Shown: positions 28,920-38,246 of the stretch, one piece after another
Position numbering within the stretch: the first letter of the stretch is position 1
How the letters are laid out: each line of letters begins with the position of its first letter
DNA from: Candidatus Bathyarchaeia archaeon
GTDB taxonomy: Archaea; Thermoproteota; Bathyarchaeia; Bathyarchaeales; Bathycorpusculaceae
Assembly: GCA_049512075.1 (NCBI GenBank)
Contig: JBEKXL010000005.1
Coordinates: 69,847 to 133,846 of the forward strand
Direction of reading: 5' to 3'
DNA length: 64,000 bases
Position numbers and translations under genes: made by a program
Notes under the pieces: generated by a model
What the model saw: the letters and a program-made list of their open reading frames with translations, nothing else
What the model was told of the DNA's origin: nothing
Database searches by the model: none

Positions 28920-29894
28920 CTAGTTTTCGTGAGTTGGCTCAGCGCTTTTTCTTCCAAACTTTTCTTTCTTGTACCATTTGATGAACATACGAAGCCCAGT
29001 CTCAAAGTCATATTCTGGTTTCCACCCAAGGATTCTCTTTGCCTTCCTCGTGTCTGCAACTAGCTTGTTAACCTCCCCAATTCTGGGTTTATCATGGATA
29101 GGTTTAATCTTTCCCTCTTTGCCACATAATCTAATGACCATATTGGCCAGGTCAAGTATGCTGACATCTTTGCCATAACCTATATTGACTGGCTCAAGGC
29201 TCGGTTTATGGTTAAGAATGAGGTCAAATGCTCTCACTATATCCTCTATATACGTGTAATCTCTTGTCTGCATACCCTTGCCATACACGATCGGTTGCAT
29301 ATTGCTCAGAACTCTCTTGGTGAACATTGGTATGACAGCCCCATACCCGCTGTCTCTTTGCCGAGGCCCAAAAACATTGAAGAATCTAGGTATGGAAATG
29401 TTCATACCATACGTCTTAACGTATGCGTTGCACATTCGATCAGCAGCTATCTTGCTGGCACCATAAGGATGAGGCGCGTCAAGGGGATGCTTTTCATCTA
29501 TGGGAATGTATTGAGCAGATCCGTATACCTCACTTGTAGAAGTATGAATCACTTTCTTCACGTCACGCGATCGAGCAATTTCCAGAACATTCTGCGTTCC
29601 CATGACGTTTATATCATAAGTAAGCTTCGGCTCAGCATATGACATATCTACGTGAACCTGCGCCGCAAGATGAAAGACCACGTCAATGTCTCTTACAGTC
29701 TTTTTCAAAAGAACAGCATCTCTGATGTCGCCTTCTATCAGCTTGAAATTCCGGTGGTCCAAAAGAGGCTTGACATTCGCTACATCACCACTCAAGAAAT
29801 TGTCCAAGCAGATCACTGAGTGGCCGTCTTTCGTATATTTCTCGCAAAGATGACTGCCGATGAAGCCTGCTCCGCCTGTTATCAGCATCCTCAT
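28920..29894 (-). CDS. NAD-dependent nucleotide-sugar dehydratase/epimerase
   Basis: TGGAGFIGS, HLAAQVHV, STSEVYG, YGASK, FNVFGPRQ. Confidence 0.9.
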   Translation of the reverse strand: MRMLITGGAGFIGSHLCEKYTKDGHSVICLDNFLSGDVANVKPLLDHRNFKLIEGDIRDAVLLKKTVRDIDVVFHLAAQVHVDMSYAEPKLTYDINVMGTQNVLEIARSRDVKKVIHTSTSEVYGSAQYIPIDEKHPLDAPHPYGASKIAADRMCNAYVKTYGMNISIPRFFNVFGPRQRDSGYGAVIPMFTKRVLSNMQPIVYGKGMQTRDYTYIEDIVRAFDLILNHKPSLEPVNIGYGKDVSILDLANMVIRLCGKEGKIKPIHDKPRIGEVNKLVADTRKAKRILGWKPEYDFETGLRMFIKWYKKEKFGRKSAEPTHEN

Positions 29895-29897
29895 TTT

Positions 29898-31022
29898 TCA
29901 TCTTTCCTGCTTTGTCGCGTTGTGTTCCTCTATAGCCTCTTCGTAAATTTGTTCCAGTTTCGCCATTTCCTTTGCGTAGTTATCCTTATCTTCGATTATC
30001 TGTCTATTAATCTTTCCAAACCTATTTCGCGTATCTTCATGTTTCAACAAGAAGATAATTTTCTCTGCGAGGGACTTCGGATCTTTAGCTGGAAAAACAA
30101 ACCCGTTTTCACCGTCGTCTACCCATTTCCTGTTGTCCGCCACGTCAGTGACAATTACCGGTAGTTCGCATGCCATGGCTTCAGCCGTACTAACGGAGAT
30201 ACTCGAATCTGAGAGTGACGTAGAAACATAAACGTCCGCGGCGCTTAGATAATCAGGAAGCTCATCATTTGATATATGGCCCATAAACTTTACATTGTTG
30301 GTGATGCCAAAAGAACGGGCCGCTGCCTTCAGTTTTTCTTCCTCTGATCCCTTGCCAGCTACCAAAAATGATGTTTCTGGGAATTCTTGCAGTACAGCCG
30401 GAATCGCTCTTATCAATGTTCCAACATCGTATATCGGATAGAAATTCCTTGAGCTTATCACTATTGGACTGGAGAGATCAAGTTTCTTCTTTACTAGCGC
30501 GCCACGTTCACTGTGCTTGAACTTGTTCATGTCTATCCCGAACTGAAACATTTTTATCTCTTGAGGTTTGACTCCAAGCTGCTGCATGCGCTCGGCGGTA
30601 TTGATACCGTTTGTCGTTATGACATCAGCCTTCTTCAAAGCGCTCTTAGCCAGCCTCTTCTTGACCCATCGAACCAGTCCCAGTTCAACACCTAAAGACA
30701 ACACGTCAGAACCCAGTGCCGTCAACACAAATGGATGGAAATCGGATTTTGATGCAAAATAGCCATAATTTGTCGCATAAATAGCATGAACCACATCCGG
30801 ATCTATTTCTTTCACCAGACTTCTTATTCTACCGACATAAAGAAGCTTCAATGGAAATGTCTTGTTACGAGCCATGACGGGCATCTTTATTCTGTGAACC
30901 TTCGCCCCTTGTATCTCTCCTTCTTCAAAACTTATGGCGTGCACTTCATGTCTCTTGACAAAAAAGCTCGCCAACCTGCGGGTATGAATGCTCGATGCGT
31001 TAGCCAAATAGCATATTCTCAA
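29898..31022 (-). CDS. GT4 glycosyltransferase
   Basis: GSDV, ADVYVSTS, EAMACELPVI, ENGFVF. Confidence 0.88.
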   Translation of the reverse strand: MRICYLANASSIHTRRLASFFVKRHEVHAISFEEGEIQGAKVHRIKMPVMARNKTFPLKLLYVGRIRSLVKEIDPDVVHAIYATNYGYFASKSDFHPFVLTALGSDVLSLGVELGLVRWVKKRLAKSALKKADVITTNGINTAERMQQLGVKPQEIKMFQFGIDMNKFKHSERGALVKKKLDLSSPIVISSRNFYPIYDVGTLIRAIPAVLQEFPETSFLVAGKGSEEEKLKAAARSFGITNNVKFMGHISNDELPDYLSAADVYVSTSLSDSSISVSTAEAMACELPVIVTDVADNRKWVDDGENGFVFPAKDPKSLAEKIIFLLKHEDTRNRFGKINRQIIEDKDNYAKEMAKLEQIYEEAIEEHNATKQER

Positions 31023-31617
31023 GTTTACACATCCTTCGACATTGCATGTCTAAATAACAAAACACGGACATAGAAAGCGACAAAGTATCGAATTCGGTAA
31101 AGCGTTTGAGTTCATACAGAATACTCTTCAACCTTCTGAATAGATTCTTACCATTACGAAACGCTCTCTTTACTGGCAACGCACTATCAAGATCGGACCT
31201 ATTAATAAATACTATTCGACAACCTGCACGTGCCAATTCCGCACGTGCATCAACGCCTAGTATCGTGTTAGTCCTTACCCCACTAGTGCGGTATATCAAC
31301 GTTTATTATCCCGTTTCTGAACACTGACAAGAGTCGAGATTACTGCTTGCACCATTCGGAAGATACGTAAGTGGCCTTTGTGCCCGGTCAAATGGCCTAT
31401 CGGAATTCGCGGATACCCCCCTGAGACAAGATTTAATTCGCGCGCGCTCCAAAGAACCGACTGAAGCCGAGACTTTGGCAATTGCATTATTTAAAAGCGC
31501 AGCAAAGGCCGAATTCGGATGCTTGAGCATGGATGATCATTTGAAGAGTGCTCTGAACTATTCTCCTGTGGTTAAGGGAAGCAGCAAATCGCATATAGAT
31601 CGAAGCCACAGTTTCAA

Positions 31618-33126
31618 GTGATGCAGATGGAAAAACCATTGATAACACTGAGAATTGACGTAGACTACCCTTATCCATCGAGACTGAGGAGTTTTCTGTA
31701 CACGGGCGTAGGTATCAGAACAAGCAAGGAATATCTGAAGAACTCCAAAATCGTTGCAAGGATGATCAATGAATCACCTCGGAAGGTCAAAGCGTACTGG
31801 TTCTTCACGCCGAAGACCGTTCCTGACAAAGAACTGCTAGCACTTTTGAACAATAAAAGGCACGAAGTGGCACTTCATGTTGTCAATGATCCTTATGGCG
31901 AACTGAAGAACTTGGAGAACTTAACTGGCCAGAGGATCAGACATTACACGATCCATGGGACAGAGAGACTGTTCGGAAGACTCATGTGGAGAAGATGGAG
32001 AAGACGGGCCCCGAGAATTCCAGAAGGTTTTCCCCTGCAATCTTTCCACCAATTCCCCACGCTAGGCTTGGACAGCTTGTGTCATACGACCTCACTTGAC
32101 CAAGCCCTAAGAAAGGCTGAAGACCACATCAGAAAAGGCGACGTAGTATACTTCCATCCAATATGGCTTTTTCAGCGGGGAAAACTGAACCACAGAGGGC
32201 CATTCTACGAAGCTTTTAAGCGGATTCTATCAGTCGATAGCGAACTTGACTATCTAACGATTATCAAGAAATTCTCGATTAGAATAGCCAGAGATCAGAT
32301 GGAGTACGAGAGGAACATCGTTCCAACCGCAGGGCTTCTTCAGAAACTCGAGGACAGAAGAATAGACTTGTTCACGTTTCTTGAGAGAAGCTGGTGTTGC
32401 AAAATTCAAAACCCTGAAAAGTCTTGGGCGAAAGCTGACGAAGACTTTGCGCTCTTAAACTTGAATAGTTACGATGAATGGTTGAAAAACATAGGCAAAA
32501 AAACGCGCAACATGGTTCGCAAAGCAGAAAAAAGCGGGATAAGGACGAGTCTTGCCGAACCGAACGGAAAACTGGCTGAAGGCATATGGAAAATCTACAA
32601 TGAAACGCCGATACGGCAAGAAAGGGGTTTCCCGCATTACGGGATTTCCTTGCAGCAAGTGACAAGAGACATACTTCCACGACAAAACTGTACCTACGTC
32701 GGAGCATACTTCCAAGATGAGCTTGCAGGATTCATACAGCTCGTCAACGGCGACAACATAGCGATAATATCGCAAATACTCTCGATGCAGAAGCATTTGG
32801 ACAAGGCAGTGAACAATGCACTGCTGGCTAAGGCGATTGAAGTCTGCGCTGGCAAGGGCGTTAAGTGGATTATGTACGGCGGAATGGGAAATCATCCATC
32901 GTTGGACAATTTTAAACAAAGCAACGGATTCACCCGAATCCAGCTTACTCGGTACTACGTACCCATAACGAGAAAAGGGAAAGTGGCCACCAAACTAGGC
33001 TTACACAAGGAAGTGAAGGACAGGCTACCACAGCCAATGAAGCACATCTTTATTCCGATTCATAACTGGCTGAGCAGAATTAGAATGAAGATCAGACTCC
33101 ACTCAAAACCCAAAACCGTTGTTTAG
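31618..33126 (+). CDS. Two-domain protein: deacetylase-like N-terminus plus GNAT/FemAB-like C-terminus
   Basis: LRIDVD, HEVALH, HGT, FHP; then KKTRNMVRKAEKSG, ELAGF, LDNFKQSNGF. Confidence 0.65.
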   Translation: MMQMEKPLITLRIDVDYPYPSRLRSFLYTGVGIRTSKEYLKNSKIVARMINESPRKVKAYWFFTPKTVPDKELLALLNNKRHEVALHVVNDPYGELKNLENLTGQRIRHYTIHGTERLFGRLMWRRWRRRAPRIPEGFPLQSFHQFPTLGLDSLCHTTSLDQALRKAEDHIRKGDVVYFHPIWLFQRGKLNHRGPFYEAFKRILSVDSELDYLTIIKKFSIRIARDQMEYERNIVPTAGLLQKLEDRRIDLFTFLERSWCCKIQNPEKSWAKADEDFALLNLNSYDEWLKNIGKKTRNMVRKAEKSGIRTSLAEPNGKLAEGIWKIYNETPIRQERGFPHYGISLQQVTRDILPRQNCTYVGAYFQDELAGFIQLVNGDNIAIISQILSMQKHLDKAVNNALLAKAIEVCAGKGVKWIMYGGMGNHPSLDNFKQSNGFTRIQLTRYYVPITRKGKVATKLGLHKEVKDRLPQPMKHIFIPIHNWLSRIRMKIRLHSKPKTVV

Positions 33127-33242
33127 ATTCTCAAAACCAAATTGCCAAAGTTCCTTCTGCAAGAAGAAGGGGTGCAATGAAATTCACTGCGCAAGATTAA
33201 TTATGTACAAACATTAGGCATAAACAGCGGAAAGGGCTTGAG

Positions 33243-34739
33243 TTGGAAAAGAAAGAAATCAGGATGGAATATTCTGGTTTCGTGATATTCGCGGCCAAAA
33301 TGATTAGCGTCATCAGCGGATTAGTTTTTGCGTACATGGTAGCCCGCGAGTTACTAGTGACTGCACCAGGTACGGGAAAGACCTACTACGACATGTGGTA
33401 TAACGTCACTGACTTAACGGCATATTTCACATTGATGGCTGGGGTGCTGCCCTTTTGGACAATGCGATTTGCGACGAGAGGAAAAGAAGGAGCAATCAAG
33501 ACGGGAATTCTGGCAAACCTCACGATTGCAGGAATAGCTGCGCTTTTCTATCTTTTGCTGATTCCCTTCATAACCGCAGGTCTTGGCATCGGCCCAGCAT
33601 ACCTTGGTGTATATTTTGTCGTTGCAATCTTGATAATAGAGACTTACTCCGTCAACATGATAGAAGCAAGTCTCCAAGCAAAGATGCCACAAGCGATAGG
33701 ATATGGACTTATCGTGCAGCAAATTGGCAGAGTCGTACTGGGCTACATTTTGATCATCAATTTCCATCTACTGCTTCTTGGGGCCGTAGTCGCAAATTTG
33801 GCAGCATACGCTCCTCAAATACTCTACTATCTTAAGCTTCTTGCAGAGGAACTGAAGCAGAGATTCAGACGAGAATACGTTACCGAATGGCTGAAAGGAT
33901 CCCTGGCCAACATTTACAATGTCGTTGGAAGCCAATTAGCCTCTCTTGTATTCATTATGTTGTTCATTTATGGCGGTGAAAATGGCCGAGGCGAGCTTGG
34001 CGCAGGCGCAACGATAGTGAATGTGATCACATACTCTTCATTCTTGGCGTACGCCCTATACCCCAAGCTTCTGGCAGAAAGAAAGAGTGAACACATAACA
34101 ACTGCCCTCAAAATGGTCTTAATGTTTGCGATTCCATTAACAATCGGTGCAATAGCACTGTCAGATTCCTACATAAGAATTCTGACAGACAAATACACGG
34201 ACGCAGGACCAATACTGATCGTGCTGGCAATGGACTCTTTCGTTCTCGTAATTTCGAGCTTCTTCACCACCGTGTTATATGGAGTCGAAAATGTTGATGA
34301 AGGATCACGACTATCATTACGGCAATTGGTCAGAAGCCGACTTTTCCTAGCATTCTCATTACCATACATTCAATCTATGATTACCCTTCCAGCAGCCTTC
34401 TACCTTCTTACAAATTATGCCCGAAACCAAGCATTTCAAGCTGCATTATACGTGAGCGTAGTAAATGCGGTGGCTCGCTTTGCGATGTTCTTGATATTGT
34501 ACACCATAGTCCGAAAAATGATCAAGATACAAATCCCATGGAGAACCACAGCAAAATACGTCCTTGCCGCAGCTGCCATGGGAGCCATCCTGTACATCAT
34601 CCCACACCCAACAAGAACACTCACAATCTTGGTTGAAACCGCAGTCGGCGGACTGATATACATACTCATAATAATGGCCATCGACAAAGAAGCCAGAACG
34701 CTACCCAAGTTCATACTGAAGGAACTCAGGGCCAGATAA
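33243..34739 (+). CDS. Oligosaccharide flippase (MOP/Wzx-like)
   Basis: About 14 transmembrane segments, ALYPKL motif, end of the glycan cluster. Confidence 0.75.
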   Translation: MEKKEIRMEYSGFVIFAAKMISVISGLVFAYMVARELLVTAPGTGKTYYDMWYNVTDLTAYFTLMAGVLPFWTMRFATRGKEGAIKTGILANLTIAGIAALFYLLLIPFITAGLGIGPAYLGVYFVVAILIIETYSVNMIEASLQAKMPQAIGYGLIVQQIGRVVLGYILIINFHLLLLGAVVANLAAYAPQILYYLKLLAEELKQRFRREYVTEWLKGSLANIYNVVGSQLASLVFIMLFIYGGENGRGELGAGATIVNVITYSSFLAYALYPKLLAERKSEHITTALKMVLMFAIPLTIGAIALSDSYIRILTDKYTDAGPILIVLAMDSFVLVISSFFTTVLYGVENVDEGSRLSLRQLVRSRLFLAFSLPYIQSMITLPAAFYLLTNYARNQAFQAALYVSVVNAVARFAMFLILYTIVRKMIKIQIPWRTTAKYVLAAAAMGAILYIIPHPTRTLTILVETAVGGLIYILIIMAIDKEARTLPKFILKELRAR

Positions 34740-34855
34740 AGAAAACACAGCTCTCTATTTTCGCAAACCATAAGGATACGTCGCTTCGTCATTCTAGCTG
34801 GCCAAGTGATGCAAGGAAAGAAATGGCCTTCCGCTTCAGGAATGACTGAAAGACA

Positions 34856-35125
34856 CTAGGACAGAAGCTCGGACAAGAGAGCATTCAATTCTTCTTTGTC
34901 TTTCAAATCGCGGAAAATAGCCTTGCCGCTTCCATATAATCGAAAAGAAAATTTCCCAAACGTCAATTCGAAAACTATCCCGGCAATGGATTTCTTAAGA
35001 GTGGCCTTTGCCAGAATCTTCTTGACTGCCTCATCTTTCTTGTCGAACTTGAACATCACGATGACGTCTTGTTCCTTGCCGCACGTGCCCTCAGTTCTAG
35101 CCACGTAATCCTCTACTGTGACCAT
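34856..35125 (-). CDS. Small protein co-transcribed with the Fe-S genes
   Basis: Start overlaps the sufS stop. TCG and RLYGSGKAIF resemble the C-terminal domain of some ThiF/MoeB proteins (tentative). Confidence 0.6.
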   Translation of the reverse strand: MVTVEDYVARTEGTCGKEQDVIVMFKFDKKDEAVKKILAKATLKKSIAGIVFELTFGKFSFRLYGSGKAIFRDLKDKEELNALLSELLS

Positions 35126-36360
35126 TAGAACCGGCCAATCTCCTTCAGGACTTCAGCGAACCGGTCAATCTCCTCACGAGTGTTATATATGTAGAAGCTA
35201 GCCCTTGCAGTTGAGCTCAGCTTGAACACCTCATGTAACGGTTGGGCACAGTGGAAGCCGCTTCTGACCATTATGCCATAATTGTCAAGAAACAGGGCAA
35301 CATCATGTGAACTAAGCCCGTCTATTCCAAACGGGACTATTCCACACTTGACAGACGTGTCTTGCGTTCCAAAGATTTTGCATTTCTTGCAGCTTTTCAT
35401 ACGTGGAAGAGCGTATTTCGTCAGCATCTCTTCATGTGCCTTCACGTTTTCCATGCCTATTCGCTTGAGGTACCTCACAGCCTCCATCAAACCCACGCCG
35501 CCGCAGATGTTTGGTGTTCCGGCCTCGAACTTCCAGGGGAGAACGTTCCAAGAGATTGAGCAGCGCTTTGTTTTCGGGTTGAAGGAGACTTCTCGTATCA
35601 TCTCTCCTCCCCCGTGAAAGGGTTCCATGCTTTCAAGAATATCCTTCTTGCAATAGAGCACGCCTATTCCCGTTGGACCCAACATTTTATGGCCGGAAAA
35701 AGCGAGGAAATCAGCGTCCAACTCTTTAACGTTAACTGGCATATGCGGAACGGACTGGGCTCCATCTATAAGTGCCAAAGCGCCGTTTTCATGGGCGACT
35801 TTTGTTACCCTCTTAACGTCATTTATGATTCCAGTGACGTTTGACACGTGGGAAAGGCAGACCATCCTGGTCTTTCTTGATATCAGATTTTCAAAGGACT
35901 CATAATCCAAGGTTCCGTCGTCGTGGACTTCACCGTACTTCACGTTTGCCTTGGTGATTCCAGAGATTATTTCCCAAGGAACGATGTTGCTGTGATGCTC
36001 CATCAACGACACGACGATTTCGTCGCCTCTCTTGAGGTTGTGAAGCCCCCAAGCGTAAGCCACGAGGTTTATCGCTTCCGTCGTTCCTCTCACAAAAACT
36101 GTCTCTTCCATCCCCTTTGCGTTAATGAACCTCGCAACCTCTTCATGTGCACTCTCGTAGAGTTCTGTGGCTTCCTGTGAAAGGGTGTGGACGGCTCTGT
36201 GAACGTTAGCGTTGTGGTTCTCGTAGAAATCCTTAATGGCGTCAATGACCTGTTTTGGTTTTTGCGAGGTTGCTGCGTTGTCAAAGTAAATGAGCGGATT
36301 GTCGTTCACTTTTCGCTTGAGGATAGGAAAATCTTCCCGAATCTCGCGGGGATCCAGCAC
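35125..36360 (-). CDS. sufS: Cysteine desulfurase, group II
   Basis: FDNAATSQKP, EHHSN, DGAQ, SGHKMLGP, EAGTP, RSGFHCAQP, RASFY. Confidence 0.93.
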   Translation of the reverse strand: MLDPREIREDFPILKRKVNDNPLIYFDNAATSQKPKQVIDAIKDFYENHNANVHRAVHTLSQEATELYESAHEEVARFINAKGMEETVFVRGTTEAINLVAYAWGLHNLKRGDEIVVSLMEHHSNIVPWEIISGITKANVKYGEVHDDGTLDYESFENLISRKTRMVCLSHVSNVTGIINDVKRVTKVAHENGALALIDGAQSVPHMPVNVKELDADFLAFSGHKMLGPTGIGVLYCKKDILESMEPFHGGGEMIREVSFNPKTKRCSISWNVLPWKFEAGTPNICGGVGLMEAVRYLKRIGMENVKAHEEMLTKYALPRMKSCKKCKIFGTQDTSVKCGIVPFGIDGLSSHDVALFLDNYGIMVRSGFHCAQPLHEVFKLSSTARASFYIYNTREEIDRFAEVLKEIGRF

Positions 36361-36857
36361 TATTTTCCCTCAGCCGCCTTCATCCTCTTGGAAAGCATTC
36401 TTGCCAGTTCTTCCTCTTCCAAAGCCTGCTTCTCTTCAAAGCTCGGCTCCGTCTGCAACCAGCTCGGACACACCTTTTTTTCGAAATATTTTCTTATGGC
36501 CCTCTTAAGCGCTCCAACTGCCAATATGCCGCAGTGAAACTTGACGCTGGGAAGTCCACCCACCGCCTCCGTCACACTTTGATAGGAGATTTTCCAAGCG
36601 TCTTCAAGCTTCATTCCCTTAATCATTTCCGTGACTATGCTTGACGTGGCTATGTTTGCTGCGCAACCGTAACTTTCGAAGGACGCTTTTTCGATAACGT
36701 CTTGATCATTGATTTTCAGATAGAAGGTTATCATGTCCCCGCACATCGGGTTTCCTGCAACTGAAACAACAGTGGCGTCTTCCATTTTTCCCAGGTTTTT
36801 AGGATTCTTAAACAGTTCAAGTATTTTAGGGTTGTACGGTAGCGGTGCACGTGACAT
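36360..36857 (-). CDS. iscU: Fe-S scaffold IscU/NifU-N
   Basis: NPKNLG, GNPMCGD, GCAANIA, KFHC. Confidence 0.9.
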   Translation of the reverse strand: MSRAPLPYNPKILELFKNPKNLGKMEDATVVSVAGNPMCGDMITFYLKINDQDVIEKASFESYGCAANIATSSIVTEMIKGMKLEDAWKISYQSVTEAVGGLPSVKFHCGILAVGALKRAIRKYFEKKVCPSWLQTEPSFEEKQALEEEELARMLSKRMKAAEGK

Positions 36858-36858
36858 A

Positions 36859-38085
36859 CTATTCCACTCCTGTGGACCCAGTTATCCCTCTTATCCTTTC
36901 AACGGCTTGTGGAATAACGTCTAAAGCGCAGTTTATCTCCTCTTCGGTGTGATACCTGGTGACTTTCATCAATATGCTACTGTGAGCTTGATCAAACTTT
37001 CTGCCTATGGCAACAAGAACGTGGCTCGGCTGCAAGAGCCTTCTCGAACACGCGCTTCCACTTGAAACGTAGACGCCGCTCAGGCTTAACTCGATCGTTA
37101 ACGCTTCTCCCTCGCATCTCAAGAAACTTATGTTCGCGTTGTCAGGAACTCTCTTCTGTCTTTTCGGTCCGTTAAGCAGCACGTCAGACACTCTGCTGGA
37201 AATCCCTTCGGTCAATTTATCCCGAAGCTTTCGCAGGCGATTCGTTCCTTCTTCGAAGTTTTCGAAAGCCAGTTCGGATGCTTTTGTGAAACCGACGATT
37301 AACGGAGTGTTTTCAACGCCGGGCCACAGTCTTTGTGTTCCTATCTGGCCTTCCAAGATTTTCTCAACGTTCACGCGTTCTTTCACGTACAAGGCGCCTA
37401 TTCCGCGAGGCCCTGATATCTTGTAGCTGCTGAGCGTTGCCAAGTCTACGTTAAGGTCTTGCACGTTGAACGGAATCTTTCCGTATGCGTCTGAGGCGTC
37501 CGTGTGAAAAACCGTCGCAGGGTTCTTGTCCTTAACTATTTTTATCGCTTCTTTTATCGGCTGTATCGTCCCAATCTCGTGGTTTGCTGTTGACAGGCTT
37601 ACAAGAATTGTTTCCTTGTCAACCGCTTCCTTCAATCTCTCAAGGTTTATGAAGCCTTCGCCGTCTACAGGAATTTTCGTCAACGTAAAGCCGCTTTTCT
37701 GAAGCATTTCCGCAACGTTCAACACGTTTATCGGCTCAATCTCTGAAATCACAATCTTCTTGCCCTTATCCCTCATTGAAGGTGCCGTTCCCAAAAATGC
37801 CAAGTTGTTTGCTTCAGTTTCTCCGGGCGTGAAGTTGATTTCTTCGAGCGTTTTACAGCCGAGGAAGGACGCGATCTTCTGTGCTGATTCCATTATCGTT
37901 TCGAAAGCTTCCCAGCCAGGCTTATGAGTCAGCGTCGGATTTCCGTATGCACGCTGATTAAAATATGGAAGCATCGCCCTGACCACTTCATCAGGAACCC
38001 TGCTCGAATTTTCATTGTCTAAGTAAACGTCACATTCCAAACCTTCATGCGCTTTCAACAGCTCCTTCACGTTCTCAATCATCAT
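36859..38085 (-). CDS. iscS: IscS/NifS-like group I desulfurase homolog with a degenerate active site
   Basis: YGNP, EIGTIQP, YKISGP, SSGSACS retained; several PLP and substrate residues replaced. Confidence 0.8.
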   Translation of the reverse strand: MMIENVKELLKAHEGLECDVYLDNENSSRVPDEVVRAMLPYFNQRAYGNPTLTHKPGWEAFETIMESAQKIASFLGCKTLEEINFTPGETEANNLAFLGTAPSMRDKGKKIVISEIEPINVLNVAEMLQKSGFTLTKIPVDGEGFINLERLKEAVDKETILVSLSTANHEIGTIQPIKEAIKIVKDKNPATVFHTDASDAYGKIPFNVQDLNVDLATLSSYKISGPRGIGALYVKERVNVEKILEGQIGTQRLWPGVENTPLIVGFTKASELAFENFEEGTNRLRKLRDKLTEGISSRVSDVLLNGPKRQKRVPDNANISFLRCEGEALTIELSLSGVYVSSGSACSRRLLQPSHVLVAIGRKFDQAHSSILMKVTRYHTEEEINCALDVIPQAVERIRGITGSTGVE

Positions 38086-38246
38086 GGACTCAAGCCTTCC
38101 ACGCACGAATTCTTTTGTTCACTCTCACTATTCACTTTCTCTAATAAAAAAGCCTAACCCAGAAAAACCGAAATTTCGAGCTTGCGCAACGCTTTAAATG
38201 ACCACCCTGCTAAACCTGTTGTAACGAAAGAGATGGACGCGGTCAA

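Noticed and set aside
31000-31680. Several short overlapping ORFs between the GT4 gene and the fusion gene
   Set aside because: No recognisable motifs; probably a decayed fragment around the CG tract at 31439.
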